This document shows, piece after piece, positions 1 to 9,842 of a DNA stretch of 24,000 nt. The notes under the pieces were generated by a model. It was not told the DNA's origin, made no database searches, and saw only the letters and a list, made by a program, of their open reading frames with translations. The DNA lies in NCBI GenBank assembly GCA_015709695.1, contig CP054183.1:1328992-1352991 (forward strand), read 5' to 3'. This stretch comes from Gammaproteobacteria bacterium. Lineage in GTDB: Bacteria; Pseudomonadota; Gammaproteobacteria; Steroidobacterales; GCA-2729495. The position numbers and the translations under genes are program-made. The first letter of the stretch is position 1. Every line of letters begins with the position of its first letter.

Positions 1-1
1 G

Positions 2-1429
2 ACGTTGATACGCATGACCGCAGCAGCCGGCGTCCAGCACCTGATCATCGGCCAGCATGGGCTGCTGTCCACGCCAGCAGCATCGAATCTCATCCGCACC
101 CGCAAGGCGAATGGTGGCTTCCTCCTCACCGCGAGCCACAATCCCGGGGGACCCGACGGTGACTTCGGCATCAAGTTCAACATGCCCAATGGCGGCCAGG
201 CGCCGCAGTCGGTCACTGATGCGGTGTTCCTCGCATCGCAGGCAATTCACGGTTACCGCATTGCGGAGCTGCCGGTCGTTGACCTCTCCCGCTGCGGTGC
301 GCAACGGCACGGCCCCCTGCTCGTCGAGGTGGTGGATCCGGTGACGGATTACCAGAAGCTGATGGAGAGCCTGTTTGATTTCGACCGGATGTCCGGCTGG
401 CTGAAGGCGGGTAATCGCCTCGTGTTCGACGCGTTCCACGGCATTACCGGGCCCTATGCACGCCGCATCCTCGCCGACACCCTCGGCGGTGATCCGGCTG
501 ACCTGCTCAACACGGACCCACTTCCCGACTTCGGCGGCCTGCACCCGGACCCCAATCCCGTCGAGGGCCGCCACCTCGTCGAGATGTGTGCGAGTGCGGC
601 CGCACCGGCCCTGGCTGCCGCTTCCGATGGAGACGGCGACCGCAACATGATCCTTGGTCCCTCCTGCCCGGTTTCACCTGGCGACAGTCTCGCCATCATG
701 CTGGCCGGTGCTCACCTGATCCCCGGCTATCGCCAGGGTGTACCCGGCGTGGCACGATCGATGCCGACCAGCCGAGCCGTCGACAAGGTTGCTGCGGATC
801 TTGGCATTCCCTGCTTCGAGACGCCTACCGGCTGGCGCTTCTTCTGCAACCTGCTCGAAGCAGGTCGCATTGGCCTGTGTGGAGAGGAGAGTTTCGGCAC
901 CGGGTCGTCACACGCCCGGGAGAAGGATGGCCTGTGGGCGGTCCTGTTCTGGATCAACCTGCTGGCCGCACGGGGCGAGTCCCTGCCAGATGTCGTCTCC
1001 GCGCATTGGCGCCGCTATGGCAGGCACTATTTCCAGCGCCATGACTATGAAATCGCCGATGCCACCCATGGTGCAGGTCTCATTGAAGCCTTGCGCGCCC
1101 GGCTCGACAATCTGCCCGGCTCGGATCTCGGTCCGGGCCGCGTGGAACTGGCGGACGACTTCCACTACCACGACCCGGTTGACGGCAGCGAATCACCGCA
1201 CCAGGGTGTGCGTATCGTGTTGGGCAGCGGTGCCCGTATCGTGTACCGCCTGTCCGGCACCGGCACCGCCGGTGCGACCCTGCGCATCTATCTCGAGCAG
1301 TACCAGTCCGATCCGGCATTACTGAATCACAGCCCGACGGAGACTCTTGGTCGCCTGGGCCAGCTGGCCGCTACCGTGGCCGCCATCGAGGCCCACACAG
1401 GCCTCACACGCCCCACACTGACAGTCTGA
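2..1429 (+). CDS. pgm: Phosphoglucomutase (alpha-D-phosphohexomutase family), 5' end cut by window edge
   Basis: The translation of ORF 5..1429 carries TASHNPGG (catalytic Ser loop), DGDGDRN (Mg2+ loop), GEESFG (sugar loop) and RLSGTGTAGATLR (phosphate loop). The frame is open back to base 2. The catalytic loop lies only about 45 residues into the window, so the true N-terminus is upstream. Confidence 0.93.
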   Translation, partial: TLIRMTAAAGVQHLIIGQHGLLSTPAASNLIRTRKANGGFLLTASHNPGGPDGDFGIKFNMPNGGQAPQSVTDAVFLASQAIHGYRIAELPVVDLSRCGAQRHGPLLVEVVDPVTDYQKLMESLFDFDRMSGWLKAGNRLVFDAFHGITGPYARRILADTLGGDPADLLNTDPLPDFGGLHPDPNPVEGRHLVEMCASAAAPALAAASDGDGDRNMILGPSCPVSPGDSLAIMLAGAHLIPGYRQGVPGVARSMPTSRAVDKVAADLGIPCFETPTGWRFFCNLLEAGRIGLCGEESFGTGSSHAREKDGLWAVLFWINLLAARGESLPDVVSAHWRRYGRHYFQRHDYEIADATHGAGLIEALRARLDNLPGSDLGPGRVELADDFHYHDPVDGSESPHQGVRIVLGSGARIVYRLSGTGTAGATLRIYLEQYQSDPALLNHSPTETLGRLGQLAATVAAIEAHTGLTRPTLTV

Positions 1430-1454
1430 TCTCCTCGTCGATCCACCCCGGCAT

Positions 1455-2282
1455 TTACGGGCGGGTCCGACGTTCGATGCCGGTTCCGCTGAGGATGGTG
1501 CTGGCAATTTCCTCGATCGAGAAAGCGGTCGTATCAACGAACGGTATCTGGCAGCGCCTGAACAGCGCCTCGGCACTGCGCAACTCGAAACCCACCTGTT
1601 CGGCACTGGCATAACGTCCCAGCGGCCGGCGTTCCCGGCGGATCTGCTGCAGGCGCTCCGGAGAAATGGTCAGGCCGTAGAGTTTTGCCCGGTGGGCCGC
1701 CAGGGCCTTCGGCAGGACGCCAGACTCGAGTTCGTCTTCCGCCAGCGGGTAATTGGCCGCAAACACGCCATAAGCCAGCGCCAGGTACAGGCAGGTCGGT
1801 GTCTTGCCGGTACGCGATACGCCGACGAGTATCACCTCGGCGGAATCGTAATCCCCGGTGTGCGAGCCGTCATCGTTGCGGAGAGCGAAGTTGGTCGCCT
1901 CGATCCGCCGGTCGTAGGCTTCCGCATCCCGCATGCCGTGGGCGCGGCCGATGGTGTGCGACGACGTGGTCTGCAGTTCCCGCTCCAGCGGCGCGAGAAA
2001 GGCATCGAAGAAGTCGAGGAACAATCCGGTGACCCGGCTGAATCGCTCCCGCAGTTCGTCCTGCACAAAGGTGCCAAAAACGACCGGGCGCTGGCCCTCC
2101 TCCCTGGCCACTGCATTGATGCGCCTGACGACTTCATCTGCCTTGTCAACAGAATCGATAAATGGCACAGTCACCTGGTTGAAATCATGCGCCTCGAATT
2201 GCGTCAGCAGGCTCCGGCCCAGCGTCTCCGCAGTGACGCCGGTCTGATCGGAAACAAAAAAAACGGTCCGCTTGCCTGGCAT
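1455..2282 (-). CDS. ppsR: PEP synthase regulatory protein (bifunctional kinase/pyrophosphorylase, DUF299)
   Basis: It lies within ORF 1455..2306. The N-terminus [22 protein letters not shown] and the P-loop [11 protein letters not shown] are typical of PpsR/YdiA, and it is divergent from ppsA as in other proteobacteria. The start at 2282 (internal Met) was chosen by homology. The ATG at 2306 is an alternative. Confidence 0.88.
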   Translation of the reverse strand: MPGKRTVFFVSDQTGVTAETLGRSLLTQFEAHDFNQVTVPFIDSVDKADEVVRRINAVAREEGQRPVVFGTFVQDELRERFSRVTGLFLDFFDAFLAPLERELQTTSSHTIGRAHGMRDAEAYDRRIEATNFALRNDDGSHTGDYDSAEVILVGVSRTGKTPTCLYLALAYGVFAANYPLAEDELESGVLPKALAAHRAKLYGLTISPERLQQIRRERRPLGRYASAEQVGFELRSAEALFRRCQIPFVDTTAFSIEEIASTILSGTGIERRTRP

Positions 2283-2356
2283 GGTTCCCCGCAACTCGTG
2301 GCCCATTCATCACGATTGTCCGCTCACCCCCCCGCACAGCACAAGGGAGCTTTGGC

Positions 2357-4753
2357 TTGGAACCCTATGTAATTCCCCTGGACAAGCTGGGGATCAGCGA
2401 TATCAATGTGGTCGGCGGCAAGAACGCATCCCTGGGGGAGATGATCCGCAACCTGTCCCGCCTTGGTGTGCGCGTACCGGGGGGCTTTGCCACCACGGCT
2501 CAGGCCTACCGCGACTTCCTCTCGCAACAGGGCCTGGGCGAGCGCATACAGGCGACTCTCGCGAATCTGGATGTCGACGATATTGCCAGCCTCACCGGGG
2601 CGGGCTCCCGGATTCGACAATGGATCACCGACACCCCGCTGCCGCGGCGATTGCTGGACGAGATCGAAGCTGCCTGGCAGCGGATGGGCGGCGCGCCGGA
2701 GGAATCCCGCACCGTGGCCGTGCGATCCTCCGCCACCGCCGAGGACCTTCCCGATGCATCTTTCGCCGGACAGCAGGAGACCTTCCTGAACGTGCGTGGC
2801 CTGGATGGCGTGATCAAGGCGGTCCACGCCGTCTACGCATCGCTGTACAACGACCGCGCCATTGCTTACCGCACCCACCAGGGCTTTGACCACGAGGCCG
2901 TTGCCCTTTCCGTCGGTGTCCAGCATATGGTGCGAAGCGACCTCGGCACCAGCGGCGTGCTGTTCACCCTCGATACCGAATCCGGCTTTCCCGACGTCGT
3001 GTTCATCACCGCCGCCTATGGCCTCGGCGAAACCGTTGTCCAGGGCAGCGTCAACCCCGACGAGTTCTACGTCTACAAGCCCGCGCTGAAGGCCGGTCGC
3101 CGGGCCGTCATCCGCAGGCGGCTGGGCACCAAAGCCATCCGCATGATGTACGCCGAACCGGGCAGCAGCGAACGGGTCGTCACCGTGCCGGTGCCCGCAG
3201 CGGATGCCAGGCGCTTCTGCATCAGCGACGCCGACCTCGAGACCCTTGGGCGCTACGCGCTGGTCGTGGAGCAGCACTACGGGCGTCCCATGGATGTCGA
3301 GTGGGCCAAGGATGGCGTCACGGGCGAGATTTACCTGGTGCAGGCCCGCCCTGAAACCGTGCAGAGCCGCAAGGGGCAGACCATCCAGCGCTATCGTCTG
3401 CGTCAGCGTTCTGCCGTCCTGGCCAGCGGCCGCAGCATCGGCCACCGCATCGGCTCCGGACCCGCGCGCGTCATTCATGACGTCGCCGACATGCACCTCA
3501 TCCGCCCCGGCGATGTCCTGGTGGCCGACATGACCGATCCGGATTGGGAACCTGTCATGAAGCGGGCTGCTGCGATCGTCACCAATCGCGGCGGACGCAC
3601 CTGCCACGCCGCCATCATTGCGCGGGAGCTGGGCATACCGGCCGTGGTCGGCTGCGGCAACGCCACGGATCGCATCAGCAGTGGCGTCCCGGTGACGGCT
3701 TCCTGCGCGGAAGGCGACGAGGGCTTCGTCTACGAGGGAATCCTCGACTTCGAGGAGCACAGGATCGAGCTCGATCGCCTGCCCCCTCCCCCGGTAAAGA
3801 TCATGATGAATGTCGGCAATCCGGATCGTGCCTTCGATTTTGCCGGGATTCCCAACCATGGAGTCGGTCTCGCGCGCCTGGAATTCATCATCAACCGCAT
3901 GATCGGCGTGCATCCACGTGCGTTGCTCGACTTCCAGCGCCTGCGGCCCGATCTCCGGGAGGCCATTCGCGAGCACATGGCAGGCTACGACGACCCGGTG
4001 GAATTCTTCGTCAGTCGCCTCACCGAGGGCATTGCCTGCATTGCCGCTGCGTTTTCCCCTCACCCAGTCATCGTGCGGCTCTCGGACTTCAAGAGCAACG
4101 AGTATGCACACCTGATCGGTGGCCGGCAGTACGAGCCCGAAGAGGAGAACCCGATGCTCGGGTTCCGCGGTGCTGCCCGTTACCTCGCAGACTCATTCCG
4201 TCCGTGCTTCGAACTCGAGTGCCGCGCCCTGAAGCGGGTGCGAGACGAGATGGGCCTGAACAACGTCGAGGTCATGGTGCCCTTCATCCGCACGGTCGAC
4301 GAGGCACGCGCCGTGACCGAGCTGCTGGCCGCCAATGGTCTGGCGCGGGGCCAGGATGGCCTGCGGGTCATCATGATGTGCGAAGTGCCGACGAACGCAT
4401 TGCTGGCAGAGCGATACCTGGAGTATTTCGACGGCATGTCGATCGGTTCCAACGACATGACCCAGCTCACGCTTGGCCTGGACCGGGACTCCGGGCTCAT
4501 TGCCGGGCTGTTCGACGAGCGCGATGATGCCGTGAAGGCCCTCCTCGCCATGGCCATCCAGGCATGCCGGAAGAGTGGCAAGTACATCGGAATCTGCGGC
4601 CAGGGGCCGTCGGATCACGCCGACTTTGCCCGCTGGCTGGTCGACCAGGGCATCGACAGCGTGTCCCTCAATCCGGATACCGTGGTGGAAACCTGGCTGT
4701 ACCTCGCCGGGACTCCTGCAGACCAGCAGCAAACCGCGCTACGGGACCGCTGA
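2357..4753 (+). CDS. ppsA: Phosphoenolpyruvate synthase (pyruvate, water dikinase)
   Basis: 798 aa. It has an N-terminal ATP-grasp region ([11 protein letters not shown]), the swivel phosphohistidine motif [21 protein letters not shown] and a C-terminal PEP-utilising domain ([11 protein letters not shown]). The TTG start at 2357 follows AAGGGAG (2343-2349). Confidence 0.95.
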   Translation: MEPYVIPLDKLGISDINVVGGKNASLGEMIRNLSRLGVRVPGGFATTAQAYRDFLSQQGLGERIQATLANLDVDDIASLTGAGSRIRQWITDTPLPRRLLDEIEAAWQRMGGAPEESRTVAVRSSATAEDLPDASFAGQQETFLNVRGLDGVIKAVHAVYASLYNDRAIAYRTHQGFDHEAVALSVGVQHMVRSDLGTSGVLFTLDTESGFPDVVFITAAYGLGETVVQGSVNPDEFYVYKPALKAGRRAVIRRRLGTKAIRMMYAEPGSSERVVTVPVPAADARRFCISDADLETLGRYALVVEQHYGRPMDVEWAKDGVTGEIYLVQARPETVQSRKGQTIQRYRLRQRSAVLASGRSIGHRIGSGPARVIHDVADMHLIRPGDVLVADMTDPDWEPVMKRAAAIVTNRGGRTCHAAIIARELGIPAVVGCGNATDRISSGVPVTASCAEGDEGFVYEGILDFEEHRIELDRLPPPPVKIMMNVGNPDRAFDFAGIPNHGVGLARLEFIINRMIGVHPRALLDFQRLRPDLREAIREHMAGYDDPVEFFVSRLTEGIACIAAAFSPHPVIVRLSDFKSNEYAHLIGGRQYEPEEENPMLGFRGAARYLADSFRPCFELECRALKRVRDEMGLNNVEVMVPFIRTVDEARAVTELLAANGLARGQDGLRVIMMCEVPTNALLAERYLEYFDGMSIGSNDMTQLTLGLDRDSGLIAGLFDERDDAVKALLAMAIQACRKSGKYIGICGQGPSDHADFARWLVDQGIDSVSLNPDTVVETWLYLAGTPADQQQTALRDR

Positions 4754-5314
4754 ACCGGACAGCTCCGATGCTGGCCGTAACAGCTTCGCGCGGTAGTGGC
4801 GCAGCTCGGCGATCGAATCGCGGATGTCCGACAATGCCAGATGGGCCGACTCCTTGGCCACGCCCGCCAGGACCTCGGGAGCCCAAAGGCCCGCGAGAAT
4901 CTTGAGAGTACTGACATCGAGGTTCCGGTAGTGGAAAAATGCCTCCAGCCGTGGCATCAGACGCGCCAGAAACCGCCGGTCCTGGCAGATGCTGTTGCCG
5001 CACATCGGTGACGTGTTCGCAGCCAGGTGCTGCGAGAGAAACTCCAGAGTGACGCTTTCTGCCTCCACCAGGGAAAAACGGCTGGCGCGGACCCGGTCGA
5101 GCAGCCCGGAACCGCCGTGCTGGCGCGTATTCCACTCATCCATCGCCGCCAGGACTTCGCCCGGGTGGTGGATGGCTACCACCGGTCCCTCGGCGACAAT
5201 CTCCAGGTCGGCATCGGTCACGATCGTGGCGATCTCGATGATGGAATCCCGCTGCGGGTCGAGCCCCGTCATCTCGAGGTCGATCCAGACCAGTCTCCCT
5301 GATGTCTGCCCCAT
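4739..5314 (-). CDS. orn: Oligoribonuclease (DEDDh 3'-5' exonuclease)
   Basis: These are the last 191 codons of track ORF 4739..6181. The sequence [19 protein letters not shown]...[10 protein letters not shown]...[14 protein letters not shown] matches the Orn Exo I-III motifs. The ATG at 5314 was verified in the sequence (cat at 5312-5314). The upstream 289 codons of the track ORF are antisense to rsgA. Confidence 0.92.
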   Translation of the reverse strand: MGQTSGRLVWIDLEMTGLDPQRDSIIEIATIVTDADLEIVAEGPVVAIHHPGEVLAAMDEWNTRQHGGSGLLDRVRASRFSLVEAESVTLEFLSQHLAANTSPMCGNSICQDRRFLARLMPRLEAFFHYRNLDVSTLKILAGLWAPEVLAGVAKESAHLALSDIRDSIAELRHYRAKLLRPASELSGSAVP

Positions 5315-5410
5315 GCTTCGTCTTCCTGGCCACTCCGCCGTCGGGCGGAGTCTAGCAAAGGACTGCGGGCCGCTGCCGCTTCCCGGCTGCTGCGCCGCTG
5401 AAGCCCGTAC

Positions 5411-6310
5411 GTGACGGACCGCTCCGGGCTGGTGGTGGCCGCCCATGGGCGACGCGGCGTCCTCGAGGTGGACGGCCAGAGGCATCCGTTCATCCCGAAG
5501 GGCCGCGGGCTGCGGGTGGTCTGCGGCGACCGCGTGCGCTTCGAAGCCCGGACAGGCTCGGAGGCACTGCTGGTTACGGCCATTGAAACCCGCAGCAACG
5601 CCCTGGCGCGTATTCATGGCCGGACCCGGCACGAGGAGATCATTGCCGCCAATCTCACCCAGCTCATCGCCGTCTGCGCGCCACGGCCGGCACCTGACCC
5701 GTTCCTGCTGGATCGCTATGCCTGTGCAGCCGAAATCCTTGGCTGCCGGTTTGCATTGGTCTGGAACAAGTACGACCTCGACGGGCAGGCCGCCCGCAGC
5801 GCGGCCGATCTGGCCAGCCTCGGCTACCCGCTGCTCACCGTCTCCGCGCTGACCGGCCATGGCCTCGTGGAACTGTCGGACCGGCTCGCTGGCGAGACCA
5901 GTGTCCTTGCCGGGCAGTCTGGGGTCGGGAAGTCCTCGCTGGTGAACCGGCTTTTCACCGGCAGCGAGGCCGCCGTGGGGGAACTGTCCGCCGCCACCGC
6001 CACGGGTACGCACACGACGACGGCCGTGGTCATGTACGCGGGTGGGCAGGGCATCCGCCTGCTCGATACGCCGGGGGTCCGGCAGTTCGTGCCCTCGGTA
6101 CGCAGCGGGCAGCGGCTGGATCGCGGCTTTCGGGAAATGCGCGAACCGGCGGCACGCTGCCGCTTCAGCAATTGCCGGCACCTCCAGGAACCCGACTGCG
6201 CAGTCAGGGCTGCGGTCGCCTCTGGCAGCATCTCCGCGCGGCGCTATGCCAGCTATTGCCAGCTGCTGGCGACGCTCGACAACGGGGAGCCCCAGGCCGC
6301 CAGACGCTAG
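5411..6310 (+). CDS. rsgA: Ribosome small-subunit-dependent GTPase A (circularly permuted GTPase)
   Basis: The motif order is permuted: NKYD (G4), then GQSGVGKSS (G1), then DTPG (G3). A C-terminal zinc knuckle [14 protein letters not shown] follows. It has a GTG start at 5411 and is divergent from orn as in E. coli. Confidence 0.9.
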   Translation: MTDRSGLVVAAHGRRGVLEVDGQRHPFIPKGRGLRVVCGDRVRFEARTGSEALLVTAIETRSNALARIHGRTRHEEIIAANLTQLIAVCAPRPAPDPFLLDRYACAAEILGCRFALVWNKYDLDGQAARSAADLASLGYPLLTVSALTGHGLVELSDRLAGETSVLAGQSGVGKSSLVNRLFTGSEAAVGELSAATATGTHTTTAVVMYAGGQGIRLLDTPGVRQFVPSVRSGQRLDRGFREMREPAARCRFSNCRHLQEPDCAVRAAVASGSISARRYASYCQLLATLDNGEPQAARR

Positions 6311-6315
6311 GCTGT

Positions 6316-6936
6316 TCAGGCCCGGTCCTGGCTGCCCTGCTCCACCGCGATGCGGCCGGCGATGGCCCGTGACAGCGTGCTGCTGTCGACATACTCCAGC
6401 TCGCCACCGATGGGTACGCCATGGGCGATTCGCGTGGCGTGCTTGCCGTACTGCTGCGCCATGGCCGCGAGGTAAGCCGCCGTCGCCTCCCCTTCCACGG
6501 TCGCGCTCGTGGCGAGGATCACTTCCCGCACCTCAGGCGCCGCCACCGCACTGGCAAATTGCTCGGCGCCGATTTCAGCGGGGCCAACACCATCGAGCGG
6601 CGAGAGCCTGCCGTGCAGGACAAAGTACAGGCCGCGATAACTCGCCGATTCCTCGATGGCCATGACGTCGGCGGGCGACTCCACTACGCAGAGCGTGGCG
6701 CCATCGCGGCCGGGCCCCGAACAGATGCCGCAGACCTCCGCCTCCGCGAACATGCGGCAGCGGGAACAGCGGACCACCTCGTGCAGGGCCGCCTGCAAGG
6801 CCTCGGCCAGCACACGGGCTCCGTCCCGGTCGTGCTCCAGCAGATGGAATGCCAGCCGCTGTGCCGTCTTGCCACCGACTCCCGGCAATCGTCGGAATGC
6901 CTGCAGGAGCTGCTGGAGACGCGGGGGAAATCGCAT
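6316..6936 (-). CDS. recR: Recombination protein RecR
   Basis: 206 aa. It has the helix-hairpin-helix [14 protein letters not shown], the Cys4 finger [16 protein letters not shown] and a Toprim region. It sits downstream of ybaB in the conserved dnaX-ybaB-recR order. Confidence 0.95.
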   Translation of the reverse strand: MRFPPRLQQLLQAFRRLPGVGGKTAQRLAFHLLEHDRDGARVLAEALQAALHEVVRCSRCRMFAEAEVCGICSGPGRDGATLCVVESPADVMAIEESASYRGLYFVLHGRLSPLDGVGPAEIGAEQFASAVAAPEVREVILATSATVEGEATAAYLAAMAQQYGKHATRIAHGVPIGGELEYVDSSTLSRAIAGRIAVEQGSQDRA

Positions 6937-6952
6937 CGCCGGACCCGCCTGC

Positions 6953-7276
6953 TCAGGACGGGAACCGCAAGCCGCCGGGCAATCCCAGGCCCGCAGTCAT
7001 GCCGGAGTAACGCTCCTGAACCGTGCGCTCCACCTTGCGCAGCGTGTCGTTGAAGGCCGCAGCCAGCACGTCCTCCAGCATTTCGCGGTCGCCCGCCAGC
7101 AGGCTGGGGTCGATGCGAATCGCCTTGACGTGCTGCGCGCAGTTCATCGTGATGGTCACCAGCCCGCCACCGGCTTCGCCCTGCACCTCGATGCCGGCGA
7201 GTTCCTCCTGCGCCTTCTGCATCTCCGCCTGGACCCGTTGTGCCTGCTTGAGCAATTGGCCGATGTCGCCCTTCAT
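6953..7276 (-). CDS. ybaB: Nucleoid-associated protein YbaB/EbfC
   Basis: 107 aa with the typical family N-terminus (MKGDIGQLLKQAQRVQAEMQKAQEEL...GGGLVTITMN). A strong SD, AGGAAGG, lies upstream on the minus strand. Confidence 0.93.
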   Translation of the reverse strand: MKGDIGQLLKQAQRVQAEMQKAQEELAGIEVQGEAGGGLVTITMNCAQHVKAIRIDPSLLAGDREMLEDVLAAAFNDTLRKVERTVQERYSGMTAGLGLPGGLRFPS

Positions 7277-7296
7277 TCCGCCTTCCTTTCGATTGG

Positions 7297-7318
7297 CCGG
7301 CGTGCAGCCGCACGCCGG
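7297..7318 (-). other. Perfect 9-bp G+C-rich stem with a 4-nt loop between the dnaX stop and the ybaB RBS
   Basis: CCGGCGTGC (7297-7305), AGCC, GCACGCCGG (7310-7318). On the minus-strand transcript it is not followed by a U-tract, so it is not a canonical intrinsic terminator. Confidence 0.6.
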
Positions 7319-7321
7319 GGT

Positions 7322-8917
7322 CTAGTGCTGGTCACCGGAGCCCTGGCTGGCCGGCCGGATTGACGCCGGCACCAGCTCGGCTCCGAAAAGGTCGCTCAGT
7401 GCGCGGACGTTGGGGTCGGCCTCGATGGCGCGGCGCGCCCGCTCCATGGCCTCCCCTTGCGCAATCCCGGAGCGGGTCGCTGCCGTGTCGGCTGCGGCAT
7501 CCAGAGTCTCGTACTTGACGACAACTGTCCCGCCAAGCCGCTCGTTGATGGCTGCAGAGAGGCGGGAACGGAGCTGGTCCGTGAGCAGATGCGCATTGGC
7601 GCGATCGATGCTCAGCCGCAATTCATCGGGCGTTCTCGCCATGAGCTGCGTATGCATGGCGAGTTGTCGCGCTGCGCCCTCGACGCGCAGCGACTGCGCG
7701 AATGCCGGCCAATCCGCAATGTCCGCCGGCGCCTCCGGCACCGCAGGCCGGGCTTCTGCGGCCGGGCGCGGCACCACGGCAGGCTGCGCACGGGTGCTGG
7801 CGGCCGGCCCGGGCACCGCCGCGGCCAACCCTGCCGGGCGGAAGGCCAGCATCCGCAGCAGGGTCATCTCGAAGCCCAGGCGTGGTTCCGGTGCCAGGCC
7901 GAGGTCGCGCCGGCCAAGAATGGCGATCTGGTAATACAGCTGGACAGACTCGGGATCCATGGCCGCGGCCAGGGCCTGCAGGGCACTGGCGTCGCCGTCG
8001 TCGTCCTCCGCCGGGGCCGATTCCGTCAGCTGCAGTACCGCCACCTGCTGAAGGCTGGCGGCGATATCGTCCAGCAGGCCGCCATAGTCGGGCGCCATGA
8101 CGTCGACTTCACGGAGCCTCGCCAGCAGCGCTGGCCCCTCGCCCCGGGACAGCACCTCGAGCAGCGACATCACGCGGGAGCGGTCCAGGCTGCCCAGCAT
8201 TTCCGCGACATCCCTCTCGCCGAGCTGTTCGTTGCCGAACGCCAGCGCCTGGTCCAGCAGGCTGAGGCCGTCCCGCATGCTGCCCGCTGCCGCACGCGCC
8301 AGCCTCTTGAGCGCACCCTGTTCGACAGCGACTCCTTCGGCCTCGCAGATCCGCCCCATCCGGTCGGCAATCTGCGCGGCAGACAGCCGCTTGAGATTGA
8401 ACTGCAGGCATCGCGAAAGGACCGTTACCGGCAGCTTCTGCGGATCCGTGGTCGCGAACAGGAACTTGACGTGTGGTGGCGGCTCCTCGAGGGTCTTCAG
8501 CAGCGCGTTGAACGCGGGCTTGCTGAGCATGTGCACCTCGTCGACCAGGTAGACCTTGTACCGGCCGGCAGCAGGCGTGTACTGGACGTTGTCGAGCAGT
8601 TCGCGGATGTCGTCGATGCCGGTGCGCGAGGCGGCATCCACCTCGATCAGGTCGACAAAGCGCCCTTCCTCGATGGCGACACAGGCCCGGCAGCTGCCGC
8701 AGGGGCTCGCGCTGACACCCTGCTCGCAGTTCAGGCAACGGGCAAGGATGCGCGCCACCGTGGTCTTGCCCACACCTCGGGTCCCTGCAAACAGAAATGC
8801 GTGATGGATCCGCCCCGAGGCAAGCGCATTGCTCAGGGCACGCACGATGTGCGGCTGCCCAACAACATCCTCGAAGGTTCGGGGACGCCACTTCCGTGCC
8901 AGCGCCAGGTAGGTCAT
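7322..8917 (-). CDS. dnaX: DNA polymerase III subunit tau (DnaX)
   Basis: The homologous start MTYLALARKWRPRTFEDVVGQ gives an ATG at 8917 (cat at 8915-8917). Other features are the Walker A GTRGVGKTT, the Zn module CGSCRAC, and DEVHML and SRC motifs. The track ORF extends to 9079, but that extension overlaps the SRP RNA gene. Confidence 0.94.
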   Translation of the reverse strand: MTYLALARKWRPRTFEDVVGQPHIVRALSNALASGRIHHAFLFAGTRGVGKTTVARILARCLNCEQGVSASPCGSCRACVAIEEGRFVDLIEVDAASRTGIDDIRELLDNVQYTPAAGRYKVYLVDEVHMLSKPAFNALLKTLEEPPPHVKFLFATTDPQKLPVTVLSRCLQFNLKRLSAAQIADRMGRICEAEGVAVEQGALKRLARAAAGSMRDGLSLLDQALAFGNEQLGERDVAEMLGSLDRSRVMSLLEVLSRGEGPALLARLREVDVMAPDYGGLLDDIAASLQQVAVLQLTESAPAEDDDGDASALQALAAAMDPESVQLYYQIAILGRRDLGLAPEPRLGFEMTLLRMLAFRPAGLAAAVPGPAASTRAQPAVVPRPAAEARPAVPEAPADIADWPAFAQSLRVEGAARQLAMHTQLMARTPDELRLSIDRANAHLLTDQLRSRLSAAINERLGGTVVVKYETLDAAADTAATRSGIAQGEAMERARRAIEADPNVRALSDLFGAELVPASIRPASQGSGDQH

Positions 8918-8964
8918 TGAAGTTCGATCTTGCCGGGCTTTGGGCCGCGTGCCGTGAATGCAGT

Positions 8965-9072
8965 GAGTCCGCGCCAGCCCGGCCCCGGCGCCCGGCATCA
9001 TCGCTGCCGCTGCTCCCTTCCGGGCCTGACGGGGTTTACGACTAGCCGCCGCGGGGAGACCGACGCGGACCC
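8965..9072 (-). ncRNA. ffs: Signal recognition particle RNA (4.5S-type, small bacterial SRP RNA)
   Basis: The minus-strand sequence reads ...GGTCTCCCCGCGGCGGCTAGTCGTAAACCCCGTCAGGCCCGGAAGGGAGCAGCGGCAGCGATGATGCCGGGCGCCGGGGCC.... It aligns to the E. coli 4.5S domain IV core as I recall it (GGUCAGGUCCGGAAGGAAGCAGCC...GAUGA...GCCGGG). The terminal helix pairs GTCCGCG (9070-9064) with CGCGGAC (8973-8967). It lies directly upstream of dnaX, a common arrangement. The ends are approximate to within a few nt. Confidence 0.82.
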
Positions 9073-9193
9073 GCATCAAGGTTATGCGTCCACCCCGGAT
9101 TCAGCAAGGACTTGCAACCATCGGGCCGGCATGCTTGCGGCGGAAAAACCGGTGGTGGAATAATGGCCTGCGTCCGCAAACCAGGAATGCCCC

Positions 9194-9814
9194 ATGAAGA
9201 GGATCTGCCAGGCCGTGCTGCTGGCGTTGCTTACGGCCTGCAGCACGGCCACCACCGTCACCGGGCAATGGCAGGGCGACCGGACCCCCGCCTTCAAGCA
9301 CCTGCTCATCGTGGGTGTCTCTGCCAATTCGCGGATGCGGCGCAGCTTCGAGATTGCCCTGGGCGAGCTGATCCGCGCCAGGGGAACACTGGCAACCGCC
9401 GCCATCCAGGCCGGCGATGGCGCTGCCACGCCGACGCCGGACGGTGTCACCGCCATGGCTCGTGCGCTCGACGCCGATGGCGTCCTGGTGACGAGACTCG
9501 CCTCCCGCAAGGTCTCGGCCAGGGAGTCGGAGAGCCGCATCGAGGTCAAGACGCAACAGCCGGTGAAGCTCGACGGCAGCCCGGGACTCGTCGAGCTGTT
9601 CAGCCTCGAGTACAACGAATACGAAGATCCCGGCGAGCTCAGCGCCAAGTCCACTGCAGTCCTCGAAAGCTCGCTTTACGACATGCGCCAGGACGATCGT
9701 CTCGCCTACGTCATCACGACGACGGCGAAATTCCGCGAGGACCGGGATGATGTCGTCGACAATGTCACGCGTGCCATTGCTGCCCAGCTGCAGCGTGCGG
9801 GCCTGATCCGCTAA
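9194..9814 (+). CDS. Putative lipoprotein of unknown function (possibly DUF4136-like)
   Basis: 206 aa with a signal peptide and lipobox (MKRICQAVLLALLTAC). The SD AGGAA (9183-9187) lies 6 nt before the ATG. The G/C third-position bias matches neighbouring genes. I recognise no catalytic motif, and the DUF4136 resemblance is only a recollection of overall pattern. Confidence 0.7.
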   Translation: MKRICQAVLLALLTACSTATTVTGQWQGDRTPAFKHLLIVGVSANSRMRRSFEIALGELIRARGTLATAAIQAGDGAATPTPDGVTAMARALDADGVLVTRLASRKVSARESESRIEVKTQQPVKLDGSPGLVELFSLEYNEYEDPGELSAKSTAVLESSLYDMRQDDRLAYVITTTAKFREDRDDVVDNVTRAIAAQLQRAGLIR

Positions 9815-9842
9815 GCCAGCGGGCGCCGCCTCCGGCCCCGGA

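Noticed and set aside
2324-4111. A 595-aa ORF antisense to ppsA. Similar long antisense ORFs lie at 7457-8920 (vs dnaX), 12897-14360 (vs bepA), 19977-20960 (vs sufB/sufC), 21297-22325 (vs sufD) and 22217-23731 (vs sufS).
   Set aside because: Each lies exactly opposite a gene with unambiguous family motifs. Their translations are Arg/Gly/Ala/His/Asp-rich with no recognisable domains. Long stop-free antisense frames are expected in DNA with strong G/C third-position bias. There is no independent start or SD evidence.
5315-6181. 5' extensions of track ORFs beyond the homologous starts: orn to 6181, dnaX to 9079, dapA to 11804, bepA from 12837, mlaC to 16181, mlaF to 18234, the Rrf2 regulator from 18256, sufB from 18447 and sufS from 22169.
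   Set aside because: The extensions have no homology to the respective families. They overlap neighbouring genes or the SRP RNA. The family-typical N-termini begin at internal Met/Val codons that I verified in the nucleotide sequence.
7322-8917. A programmed -1 frameshift or slippage site in dnaX producing a gamma subunit.
   Set aside because: I could not find an A-AAA-AAG-type heptamer or any long A-run on the coding strand of this dnaX. There is no sequence support for an E. coli- or Thermus-style mechanism, though this cannot exclude other routes.
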